A DNA stretch of 64,000 bases from an uncultured Anaerolineales bacterium. GTDB lineage: Bacteria > Planctomycetota > Phycisphaerae > FEN-1346. Made by a program: the position numbers and the translations under genes. How positions within the stretch are numbered: the stretch's first letter is position 1; each line of letters starts with the position of its first letter. Positions 55,540-64,000 of the stretch are shown here, piece by piece. The notes beneath the pieces are model-generated. The model did no database searches, was not told the origin of the DNA, and was given only the letters and a program-made list of their open reading frames with translations. The stretch covers positions 14,962-78,961 of the forward strand of contig CAZGKW010000003.1 in the NCBI GenBank assembly GCA_964526295.1. Direction: 5' to 3'.

Positions 55540-57075
55540 TCACGCGAACAGGTTGCGGTCGAGGCGGCGGTACTGGACGGCCTCGGCCAGGTGCGTGGCG
55601 GAGATCTCCGGCGCCGCCTCCAGGTCGGCGATGGTCCGGGCGGTCCGGAGGATCTTGTCGTGGGCCCGGGCCGAGAGGCCCATCTCGTGCATCGCCTGCT
55701 TCAGGATGCTCTCCCCCGCCGCGTCCAGGCCGCAGTGTTTCTTCACCTGCCGGTGCGACATGCGGGCGTTGGCGCGGCGGGCGTCGCCGAAGCGCTGGGC
55801 CTGGATGCGGCGGGCCCGCTCGACCTGGTCCCGCATCGCTTGGCTGGTGGTCCCCTCGCCGCGGCCGCGCAGTTCCCGGTACGGCACGGCGGGCACGTCG
55901 AGGTGGATGTCGATCCGGTCGAGGAGCGGCCCGGAGATCTTCCCCATGTACGCCTGGACCTGCCGCGGCGTGCAGTGGCACTCCCGCTTCGGGTCGGTCA
56001 TGTAGCCGCACGGGCACGGGTTGAGGGCGGCGACGAGCATGATCCGGGCCGGAAACGTCAGGCTGGCCTGGGCCCGGCTGATCGTGACGACGCCGTCCTC
56101 CAGCGGCTGCCTGAGGACCTCGAGCGTGTGCCGGTTGAACTCCGGCAGCTCGTCGAGGAACAGGACGCCGTGATGGGCCAGGCTGACCTCGCCGGGCGTC
56201 GGGTACGTCCCGCCGCCGATCAGGCCGGCCTCGCTCGTCGTGTGATGGGGCGAGCGGAAGGGCCGCGTCGCGATGATCGCTTCACCGGCCGAGAGGAGGC
56301 CGACGCTCGAGTAGACGCGGGTCGTCTCGAGCGATTCCTCCAAGTCCAGGAGCGGCAAGATCGTCGGCAGCCGCCGGGCGAGCATCGTCTTGCCCGCCCC
56401 GGGCGGACCGACCATCAGGACGTTGTGCCCGCCGGCGGCGGCGATCGTCAGCGCCCGCTTGGCGTGCTCCTGACCGCGGACGTCGGCGAAGTCGACCTCC
56501 GCGCCGCGGGCCTCCTCGAAAGCCGCCTCCAGGTCGATCGCCGACGGCTCGATCTCAAGCTCGCCCGTCAGGAACCCCACCGCCTGGGCCAGGGCCTTGA
56601 CGGGGACGATCTCGACACCCGAGACGACCGCCGCCTCGCGAGCGTTTTCGGCCGGCAGGATGAGACCCTTGAGCCCGGCGTCCCTGGCCGTCAGGGCCAT
56701 CGACAGGGCCCCTTTGACCGGTCGGACGGACCCGTCGAGGGCCAACTCGCCGACGCCGGCGTAATCGCGAAGGCGGTCCGAGAGGAGCTGGCCGGTCGCC
56801 GAGAGGGCCCCGAGGGCCAGCGGCAGGTCGAACGCCGGGCCTTCCTTGCGGATGTCGGCCGGGGCGAGGTTAATGGTGATGCGGGTGTCGCCGCCCGGCC
56901 AGCGGTAGCCGGAGTTCTTGATCGCCGCCGCGACGCGGTCCTTCGATTCCTTGACGGCCGCATCCGGGAGGCCCACGACGACGATGGCGGGCATGCCGCT
57001 CCGGACGTCGAACTCGACCTCCGCGACGTACCCGTCGATGCCGAAGACGCCGACCGAAACCACCTTGCCGAGCAT
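55540..57075 (-). CDS. comM: YifB/ComM family Mg-chelatase-like AAA+ ATPase
   Basis: Lon-like N-terminal domain. Walker A VGPPGAGKT, Walker B VLFLDELPEF, zinc-ribbon CPCG...C.C, C-terminal helical domain. Confidence 0.85.
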   Translation of the reverse strand: MLGKVVSVGVFGIDGYVAEVEFDVRSGMPAIVVVGLPDAAVKESKDRVAAAIKNSGYRWPGGDTRITINLAPADIRKEGPAFDLPLALGALSATGQLLSDRLRDYAGVGELALDGSVRPVKGALSMALTARDAGLKGLILPAENAREAAVVSGVEIVPVKALAQAVGFLTGELEIEPSAIDLEAAFEEARGAEVDFADVRGQEHAKRALTIAAAGGHNVLMVGPPGAGKTMLARRLPTILPLLDLEESLETTRVYSSVGLLSAGEAIIATRPFRSPHHTTSEAGLIGGGTYPTPGEVSLAHHGVLFLDELPEFNRHTLEVLRQPLEDGVVTISRAQASLTFPARIMLVAALNPCPCGYMTDPKRECHCTPRQVQAYMGKISGPLLDRIDIHLDVPAVPYRELRGRGEGTTSQAMRDQVERARRIQAQRFGDARRANARMSHRQVKKHCGLDAAGESILKQAMHEMGLSARAHDKILRTARTIADLEAAPEISATHLAEAVQYRRLDRNLFA

Positions 57076-57276
57076 GCGCCGCTCCGTGCGAATGGCTGTA
57101 TGTACGCGCCACGGAAGGGCGGCCATGCTACCGCGCCGGCACGGGAGGGGCAATGGGAAAGCCCGGCTGAGGCCGGTCCCCGACGGGCCCCGCCGCGCCG
57201 AGGCTTCGGCGCACGCTCTGTGCCGAGGGTCGTGCGGGAGACGACAGGGGAGTCCGCCGGATGCGTCGCCGGACGC

Positions 57277-57771
57277 TCAGTACGGCCGGGCCCGGCGGAG
57301 CGCTCCCTGGAGGTCCGTCAGGTGCCGCTGCTCCTCTTGGACGATGGCTTGGACGGTTTCGGCGGCCGCCGGCACGGCTTCGGCCAGGCGGCTGAAGAAG
57401 CGGACGGCGTGCTGCTCCATCGAGACGGCCATCTCCAGGGCGTCCGGCAGGCTACCCTTCATGGCGACGCGCCGGACCTCGGCCGGCTTGGGCAGCACGT
57501 CGGCGGCCATGAGCCGCTCCAGCTCGGCCAGGTGGTCTTCGCTCGGGAGCGTGCGGCCCCCGTCGGCGGCCAGGTCGCGTTCGAGGCGACGGTAGGTCTC
57601 GAGGTGCCGGTGCTCGTCGTCCGCCAGCCGGCGACAAAGCTGGATCACGTCGGCCGAATCGCAGACACCCGCCAGGGAGCGATAGAATTCGAGGCCCCGC
57701 TGCTCCAGGGCCACGGCCGTCCGTACGACCTCTGCGGCGGTTACCTGTCCAATCATGTGAGAGTCCTCCAT
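57277..57771 (-). CDS. rubrerythrin/ferritin-like domain protein
   Basis: Two E..H pairs (DDEHRHLE, QEEQRHL) in a four-helix-bundle-like sequence. Confidence 0.6.
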   Translation of the reverse strand: MEDSHMIGQVTAAEVVRTAVALEQRGLEFYRSLAGVCDSADVIQLCRRLADDEHRHLETYRRLERDLAADGGRTLPSEDHLAELERLMAADVLPKPAEVRRVAMKGSLPDALEMAVSMEQHAVRFFSRLAEAVPAAAETVQAIVQEEQRHLTDLQGALRRARPY

Positions 57772-57994
57772 CCACAGCGCGGCCGGCTCCCGCAGCCCGT
57801 CTGCGGAAGCCGTGAAGGTCGGCTCGTTGCGCTCTGATTATCGGCGTTACGGCGGTCCAGGCTTCACCGAACCGAGGGGCGGGGGGACCGAAGCGAGCCG
57901 TGGGGTTTCCGGCGAGGCACTGCCTTCGCCCAGGGCCGGGAGGCGACGGCCGAACCGGTTGACTTCGCGGACGCCTGAGAGAGGAGGACGGGTG

Positions 57995-59049
57995 TCACTT
58001 CAGCTTCCGGATTTCCTCCGGCACGCTCTCCATCGGCTTGACGGCGATCACTTGGCGGTTTTCGGACGCGATCATCCCGGTTCCCTTGATCCAGAGCTGA
58101 CCGACGAGCTGCCGCCACGTCCCCCGATCGATGGAGAACTCGCCCCGAGGGCGTAGCCGGCGTGCATGGACGTGGGGACGCCTTCCCCGCCGCCGAACGG
58201 GCCCTTGAAGGTCCCTTCGACGCCCTCCAGGACTAGATACTCGATAGTGGCGACGCGGTCGCCATCGGGCGTCTCGGTCACGGCGACCAGCTTGGCCTGA
58301 TTCCGGTGTGCGGCCCGGTCGCAGACGAAGCCATGCCCCATCGAGATCAGGTTCATCTCCAGGGGCCAGGTGTCGCCGACCTTGACGGGGCGGCCGGGCA
58401 GCTCGAGCATCATGGCCACGAGGTTCTTCTGGCGGCCCTCGAGATAAAAGGAAACGATCTTTCCGCGTGGGGTGATCTCGCCCCGAAGCTGAACCGTGCC
58501 CTCCATCTTTCGGGCCATCCGCTTGAGAAACGCATCCGGCCCGTCCTCCTCGTCGGGCGGTTTCGGGTCTTGCGACTCGGGGGACGGACCCAGGATCATC
58601 CGTGCGGCGAGGTTGCCGTTCGGCCGCGGCGCGAGGACCCACGTCATCGAGTAGGACGCGGGGAAATCGTCGGCGAGGTCGCCGAAGAGCTCCCTGAAGG
58701 CCTTGCCGAGCTCGGCGAAGCTCTCGTCGCCGGGGTCGGTGCCGATTTCGGCGTGAGGCTCCTCCTCGGGCGCGTCCGCGTCGTCCTTGCCCGGCGAGCC
58801 CTCGTCGCCGGGCTCCCTGGCCCAATCGTCCATCATCTCCCTGAGCATCTTCGCCATCCCGCTGAAGTCCGCCGCGCCACCCCCGGTCCGCACGGACTCC
58901 ATCGAGACCTTCAGCCCGAGGGCCCCGCCCGGCGGCGCCTTCCACTGGAGCAGGACCAGTTCGCCGTCAGGAGGCGCCCCGGCATAGGTGGGGCCGCAGG
59001 CCGTCGGGACCAGGGCGATCAGGAACACCTGGAGAAGCCGTCGAGACAT
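57995..59049 (-). CDS. hypothetical lipoprotein, interrupted by a frameshift near 58141..58150
   Basis: Starts MSRRLLQVFLIALVPTAC (lipobox). GC3 bias switches reading frame at the gccccgag run: the upstream part is in the frame of ORF 58072..59259, the last roughly 50 codons (..RQLVGQLWIKGTGMIASENRQVIAVKPMESVPEEIRKLK*) in the frame of ORF 57995..58945. Confidence 0.55.
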
Positions 59050-59146
59050 GGCAGACCTCCTTCGAGCCGGCGCAGCCGGAATCGGGAGATGTCGGCATTC
59101 TACCGCGCGATCCGGCCGGCTGCACCCGCCGATCCGCGCGGACGCC

Positions 59147-60595
59147 TCAGGGGAAGCGCAGGCCCAGGACCCACTGTTCCCACCGCCCCTGGAAGGCCGC
59201 CATGTCCTTCTCGCCGAGGACGCGCTTGAGCGTCTCGTAGCCGGTGGAATCGTCCGCATGGCTCTTGTGGAAGGCGTGGTAGAACTCGCCCAGGAGGCCC
59301 TTCTCCTGGAGGTAGTAGCAGAGGTAGCGGGCCTGGGCGTAGTTGCGACCCGAGGCCATGCTGCGGAACTGGCGGTCGGTCGTGCCCGTCAGCTCCTCCA
59401 AGGGCGGCACTTTCCGCGCCCGGATGGCGTCCTGGAGGCCCTTCAGCCGCCAGTTCGTCAGGCCGACGATCCGGCCGTCCCGCTCACTCGACTGCTCGTA
59501 GAGCGAGGCGAGGCCCTCGTCGAACCACGTGGGGCACGCCGGGAAGTTCGCCCGCATGTACGGATGGACGATCTCGTGGACGAGGGTCCCTCCGCCAGTG
59601 GCGATATTCATGATGAGCGCGTTATCGCGGTGGGAGAAGTAGCCGAACGGCGTGTCGGGCTCGTCGCCGAACAGCTCCTTCGTATGCTTCCGGTAGCTCG
59701 CCCTGTCGTTGAACAGCCAGACGTCGATGATCTCGGCCGGGGCCTTCTCGAAGTAGGCGTCCTTCAGGCGGTCGACGGCCCACTTGACGGTCCGCACGCT
59801 GCGGTAGCGGACGGTCGAGGGCGGCTCGTCGCCCAGGACGACGAACGGCGGCTGGACGACGATCGTGAAGCCCTCCGGCACGCCGCGCTTCAAGCCCCGG
59901 ACGTGCTGGGCGAAGTCGGCTGCCGTGTGGCCCTCGGGCCGTGCCGGCGGACGGATGCGGCCGGGCTTCAAGGGAATGCGGACCAGCAGCCACCGCTTCT
60001 CGGTGTACTTCAGCGGCCACAGCGAGAGGAACCGTTCGCGCTTCATCCGCCGATAGGCGCCGCCCGTCTCGGCCGGCTCGTGGTAGAGAAGCTCGTCCGA
60101 CGCCGGGTCGTGCCCCAGCACCAGGCGGAAGTGCTCCGTGGCGTCGTCGCCGTCCGAGGTCCGCATGCAGACGATCGACGGGACGCGCCGCTCGAGGTCG
60201 GTCCGCAGCGCGTCCCACTCCTTGCTCGCGCCCTTCCCGCCCTCCTTCGCGTCGATCCAGTGGCTCACTGTGCCGACGCGGAAACCGACCGCCTCCAGCC
60301 CGGCGACCAGCTCCCGCGTGCGGCACCCGCGGCCCATCGCCGGGTCGAGGCCCGAGGCGGCGAACACGTCGTCCTGGGTGATCTCGTGGCCGAGCTTCCG
60401 CAGGTACATCTCGGCGCACGCCTCGCCGCAGAAGTCGGGCCTCTGGCGAACATGCGGCACGCCCTCAATAGCGACGGCCTGCGGCGCCGGTCCCTCAGGC
60501 TCGTCGGCCTCAGCCCGCGTGCCGAAACCGGCCGGGGCCAGCGCGACGGTCATCATCACCAAGAGGATCGGGTTCGTCCGGCTCGCGTCGGCCAT
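59147..60595 (-). CDS. secreted protein with an N-terminal peptidase-C39-like domain and a C-terminal HExxH zincin-like domain
   Basis: Signal peptide MADASRTNPILLVMMTVALAPAGFG. VRQRPDFCGEACAEMYLRKLGHEI (Q...CG.AC..M pattern of C39). GGGTLVHEIVHPYM (HExxH). Confidence 0.65.
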   Translation of the reverse strand: MADASRTNPILLVMMTVALAPAGFGTRAEADEPEGPAPQAVAIEGVPHVRQRPDFCGEACAEMYLRKLGHEITQDDVFAASGLDPAMGRGCRTRELVAGLEAVGFRVGTVSHWIDAKEGGKGASKEWDALRTDLERRVPSIVCMRTSDGDDATEHFRLVLGHDPASDELLYHEPAETGGAYRRMKRERFLSLWPLKYTEKRWLLVRIPLKPGRIRPPARPEGHTAADFAQHVRGLKRGVPEGFTIVVQPPFVVLGDEPPSTVRYRSVRTVKWAVDRLKDAYFEKAPAEIIDVWLFNDRASYRKHTKELFGDEPDTPFGYFSHRDNALIMNIATGGGTLVHEIVHPYMRANFPACPTWFDEGLASLYEQSSERDGRIVGLTNWRLKGLQDAIRARKVPPLEELTGTTDRQFRSMASGRNYAQARYLCYYLQEKGLLGEFYHAFHKSHADDSTGYETLKRVLGEKDMAAFQGRWEQWVLGLRFP

Positions 60596-60740
60596 GCCTG
60601 AGGGTCTCCTTGGGCCCATTGCTCCCCCACCATTAGACACGTCGGGGCGGCCTGCGTTCGAGGGAAAACCGGCCCCTCGACGAATCGCTTGATTCGCCTC
60701 GCTCCCCTCACTATCGTACGAGCCCGAAGGTGGATTCGTC

Positions 60741-61718
60741 ATGACCAGCCGCCCCTCGGGCCCGTCGAGCCGCCGGTCCTACCCGGCGACCTATCCCCCG
60801 CGACCGCTGCTGCGCGTCCTCGTCGCCCTGGCGCTCAACCTCGCCCTCGTTCTTGCGGTTGCCGTCTTGGCGTCGAAGCACGAGGGGCTGCCCGAGCTGA
60901 CGGCCAACACGCTGCTCGTAGGCCTGCTGCCGGTCTCGGCGGCGATGGGGCTTCTCGTGGCGTGCCGTCGGATGGACTTCTCGCTGCCGGCGCTCTTCAT
61001 CCTGGCGGCGATGCTCCGGGCCAACAGGTTCGCCATGAGCGACCACGGAGCGACGGCACGCCTGGCGGTCACGGCGGGCCTCTGCGCCGGCGTGTGCCTG
61101 GCGGCGGCCGTGGTCACCTGGTACGGTCGCATCGCCAGCGCCCTCTGGACAGCCCTGGTGGCGCTGGGCGCGGTGGCGATTGCGGCCAAGGCGAAGCCCC
61201 TGCCCGTGCCGCTGACGACGGTCGCGGGGTGGCCCTGGCCGGCGGCGGTCGGGGCATCGATGGGCTTCCTCCTGCTCGGCGCCGTGGTGCTCGGGGCAGG
61301 ACGGGTGGTCTCGCCGCCGTCCAGGCCGCCGCTCGTAGGCTCCGGCATCCGGGACTTGGCGGGTCTGGCGGCGGCGTGGGTGATCGCGGGCTTGGCGGTG
61401 GCGCTGGCGGCCGCCAGCGAGGACGCCGTCAAGGCGGCCGACGACGCGCTCGGCGTCTACTCGGCACCGCTCGCGGCGGCGGCCCTCAGCGGGGCGATCA
61501 TCCTGCGCGGCCGATGGGGCGCCGTGGCGGCCGTCGTCCTGGCGTCGGTGGGGCACCTCGTGTGGGCCCTGGCCACCAGCGCCAACCTCGGCGACCGGAC
61601 GGCGGATCTGCTTCTGCCGGCGGCGGGGCCGCTGGCCGCCGTGCCGCTGTACCTGCTGATCGACGCTGCGATCCGCCGCTGGACGCGTGAATCGGCGCCC
61701 ACCGGCCTGATGGCCTGA
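60741..61718 (+). CDS. hypothetical polytopic membrane protein
   Basis: Eight or more hydrophobic helices. High GC3. GAAGGTGGA SD. Confidence 0.55.
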   Translation: MTSRPSGPSSRRSYPATYPPRPLLRVLVALALNLALVLAVAVLASKHEGLPELTANTLLVGLLPVSAAMGLLVACRRMDFSLPALFILAAMLRANRFAMSDHGATARLAVTAGLCAGVCLAAAVVTWYGRIASALWTALVALGAVAIAAKAKPLPVPLTTVAGWPWPAAVGASMGFLLLGAVVLGAGRVVSPPSRPPLVGSGIRDLAGLAAAWVIAGLAVALAAASEDAVKAADDALGVYSAPLAAAALSGAIILRGRWGAVAAVVLASVGHLVWALATSANLGDRTADLLLPAAGPLAAVPLYLLIDAAIRRWTRESAPTGLMA

Positions 61719-61813
61719 CTTCAACCGCCATGGGCGAAGCGCGCCGGGCAAGCCCGGCGGCGAAACGCGCCGGTCGCCGCGTTTCAACCGTTCGAATCCA
61801 TTGAAGCGGATCG

Positions 61814-63286
61814 ATGGCACCACCGAACCTCCTGTTCCTGTTCACCGACGAGCAGCGATTCGACACGCTCGGATGCTATGGCAACGAGCGGATCGAAACG
61901 CCCTGCCTCGACCGCCTGGCCGCCGAGAGCACCTGCTTCGAGCGGTGCTACGTCACCCAGCCGGTGTGCACGCCGTCGCGGTCGAGCATCATGACTGGCC
62001 TCTGGCCCCACACCACGGGGTGCACGGAGAACAACGTCCCTCTGCCGGACGACGTGCCGACGCTGGCCGAGATGCTCTCCAAGGGCGACTACGCGACGGG
62101 CTACTTCGGGAAGTGGCACCTCGGGGACGAGATCTTCGCCCAGCACGGCTTCGTCGAGTGGCGGAGCATCGAGGACGGCTATCACCGCTGGTACCGCGAG
62201 GGGCGCGACCCCGACGCCCGGTCGACGTACCATCACTGGCTGATCGACCACGGCTTCGCGCCGAAGGACGGCGAGCGGTTCGGGCGCGACGAGGCGGCCC
62301 GGCTGCCGGAGGCGTTCTCGAAGCCGGCCTACCTGGCCCAGGAAGCGTCGCGGTCCATCCGCCATCACCGGACCCGGCCCTGGTGCCTGTACGTCAACTT
62401 CCTCGAGCCGCACATGCCGTTCTTCGGCCCCCGCGACGACCAGTACGACCCGACCGAGGTGGCCCTGCCGGCGAACTTCGACGCTCCGCCGACCGACGAC
62501 CAGCCCCTGAAGACCAGGCTCTTCCATCGGGCCTATCGCGAGCGGGGCCACAGCGGTCTGCCCCTGGAGACCGAGGCCGACTGGCGGCGGATGATCGCCA
62601 ACTACTGGGGCCTGGTGGGCCTCGTCGACACCCACGTCGGCACCATCCTCCGGACGCTCGATGCGTGCGACCTGGCGCACCGGACGATCGTCGTCTACAC
62701 GTCGGACCACGGCGACATGATGGGAAGCCACCGGCTGATCGCCAAGTGCGTCCAGCTCGAGGAGGCCGTCCGTGCGCCGCTGCTGGTGCGCCTGCCGGGC
62801 CAACGGAAAGCACGACGCGTGGCCGGGCCGGTCAGCCAGATCGACCTGGTCCCGACGCTGCTCGACCTGATGGGTCAGCCGGTCCCGGACGGCCTGCCGG
62901 GACGGAGCTTGCGCGGTCCCCTGGAGGGCGCCGAGGACGAGCCGGGCGAAGACGTCTTCATCGAGTGGAACGGACCGAACTGCGGGCTGGCCGGCGACGT
63001 CGTGGGCCGGGTCGAGCTGCCCGAGGGGCTCCGGGCCGAGGTCGACCCGGCCGAGGCCGTCGAGGCGATCACCGACCCGATCCGAACCATCATCACGCCG
63101 GACGGATGGAAGCTCAACTGGAGCCCCCGCGGCGAGCACGAACTCTATCACCTGGCGGACGATCCGGGCGAGACGCAGAACCTGGCTGTCGAGGAAGCGA
63201 ACCGGCCGCAAATGCGGAAACTCGCCGACCGGATCCGGGCCTGGCAGGAGCGGACCGGCGACACGACCGACCTCCCCGACCTCTGA
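61814..63286 (+). CDS. sulfatase (formylglycine-dependent) without an N-terminal signal peptide
   Basis: LLFLFTDEQRFDTLGCYGN, CTPSRSSIMTG (CxPxR), GKWHLG, C-terminal W.LY.L.DDPGE.QNLA motifs. It begins directly with the catalytic fold. Confidence 0.85.
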   Translation: MAPPNLLFLFTDEQRFDTLGCYGNERIETPCLDRLAAESTCFERCYVTQPVCTPSRSSIMTGLWPHTTGCTENNVPLPDDVPTLAEMLSKGDYATGYFGKWHLGDEIFAQHGFVEWRSIEDGYHRWYREGRDPDARSTYHHWLIDHGFAPKDGERFGRDEAARLPEAFSKPAYLAQEASRSIRHHRTRPWCLYVNFLEPHMPFFGPRDDQYDPTEVALPANFDAPPTDDQPLKTRLFHRAYRERGHSGLPLETEADWRRMIANYWGLVGLVDTHVGTILRTLDACDLAHRTIVVYTSDHGDMMGSHRLIAKCVQLEEAVRAPLLVRLPGQRKARRVAGPVSQIDLVPTLLDLMGQPVPDGLPGRSLRGPLEGAEDEPGEDVFIEWNGPNCGLAGDVVGRVELPEGLRAEVDPAEAVEAITDPIRTIITPDGWKLNWSPRGEHELYHLADDPGETQNLAVEEANRPQMRKLADRIRAWQERTGDTTDLPDL

Positions 63287-63363
63287 GCCGTGCGCCGCGA
63301 GCGCCGGCCCCCTCCAGTGGGCCTCAACCGCGCGAACTCACTTGTCCCGAAGCGGCGGGGCAA

Positions 63364-64000
63364 TATGGTAGGGCCCATGCGCGACGCCGAACGCGAGAAC
63401 CAGCAGGAGATCGACCGCCTGAACCAGCGGGGCGGGCGGATGCTCAGCCTCACGGACCTCCTGGAGGCCGGCACCGTCGGCCTCGACATGGCCGCCGAGA
63501 TGGCCCGCGTCGCGGCGGCGGGCGGCTCGTTCCTGACGGCGGCGGGACCCGGCGGCGTGGGCAAGACCACGCTCATGGGGGCCCTCCTCGCGTTCCTCCC
63601 GCCGGGGACTCGCATCCGGCCGGTCGATTCCGAGCGGACGCTTCGGCGCCTGGCCGACCGCGAGCCGGACGGGCCCGAGTGCCTCGTCGTCCACGAGATC
63701 GGTGCCGGGCCCTACTACGCCTACCTGTGGGGCCCCGCCGTGGGGCGATACTTCGACGTGGCGACGGGGCCCGGCCGGTCGCTGGCGTCGAACCTCCACG
63801 CCGAGACGTACGACGAGGCGGTCGCCCAGCTCACAGGGCCGCCCCTCGGCGTCGCGCCCGAGACGGTCGGGCGGATCGATCTGCTGGCGTTTATGGCCCG
63901 CAGCCATGGCAAGCGCCGCGTCACCGAGGTCTGGCGCAGGAGCGAGGCCGTTCGAGCCGTGAACGGGAGTTTGCGGGTAGGTTCGAACTCGGTCAGCCTT
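63364..64000 (+). CDS. P-loop ATPase, CpaF/VirB11-like secretion-ATPase core (partial; runs off the window end)
   Basis: DLLEAGTVGLDMAAEMARVAAAGGSFLTAAGPGGVGKTTLMGALLAFLPPGTRIRPVDSERTL parallels CpaF/TadA ..L..FL..AV.....ILISGGTGSGKTTLLNAL..FIP...RIVTIED..EL. Confidence 0.55.

Noticed and set aside
61780-61800. tRNA-like T-loop sequence GTTCGAATCC (also GGTTCGAACTC at 63977)
   Set aside because: The flanks cannot form T-stem or acceptor pairing. The second instance lies inside a coding frame. No cloverleaf could be built.
60711-61823. 370-aa minus-strand ORF opposite the polytopic membrane protein
   Set aside because: Arg/His/Gly-rich with no GC3 periodicity. The plus-strand frame has an SD, strong GC3 and coherent TM helices.

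Overview
This is a 64 kb chromosomal window with about 70% GC and a Planctomycetota-like gene repertoire, densely coding and mostly on the minus strand. Because of the high GC content, most long six-frame ORFs are antisense artefacts; real genes were picked by recognisable protein families, third-codon-position GC bias and signal peptides. Recognisable content, in order: guaB (5' part), tkt, nadE and a PA14-domain secreted protein; a GT2/GT39 (ArnC/ArnT-like) glycosylation pair; ispD with a YacL-like PIN-TRAM protein; two rhomboid proteases; a sugar-utilisation locus (ABC solute-binding protein plus two permeases, GH4, a GH-A-like hydrolase, transaldolase, six Gfo/Idh/MocA oxidoreductases, one of them fused to an aldo-keto reductase); a translationally coupled Gfo/Idh/MocA - PQQ sugar dehydrogenase - cytochrome c - hydrolase operon; a B12-binding radical SAM enzyme; sulfatases (one intact without a signal peptide, one decayed pseudogene); a six-gene periplasmic redox operon containing a beta-propeller dihaem c-type cytochrome, a PQQ-like propeller fusion protein and a DsbD-N-like protein; a divergent guanylate-kinase-like gene; a hicAB toxin-antitoxin cassette inserted at the 3' end of comM/yifB, flanked by a duplicated comM 3' end; a C39-like/HExxH dual peptidase-like secreted protein; and a partial CpaF/VirB11-like ATPase at the window edge. 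A 42-nt palindromic element is repeated immediately after two stop codons. No rRNA, tRNA, CRISPR array or transposase/integrase gene was identified.
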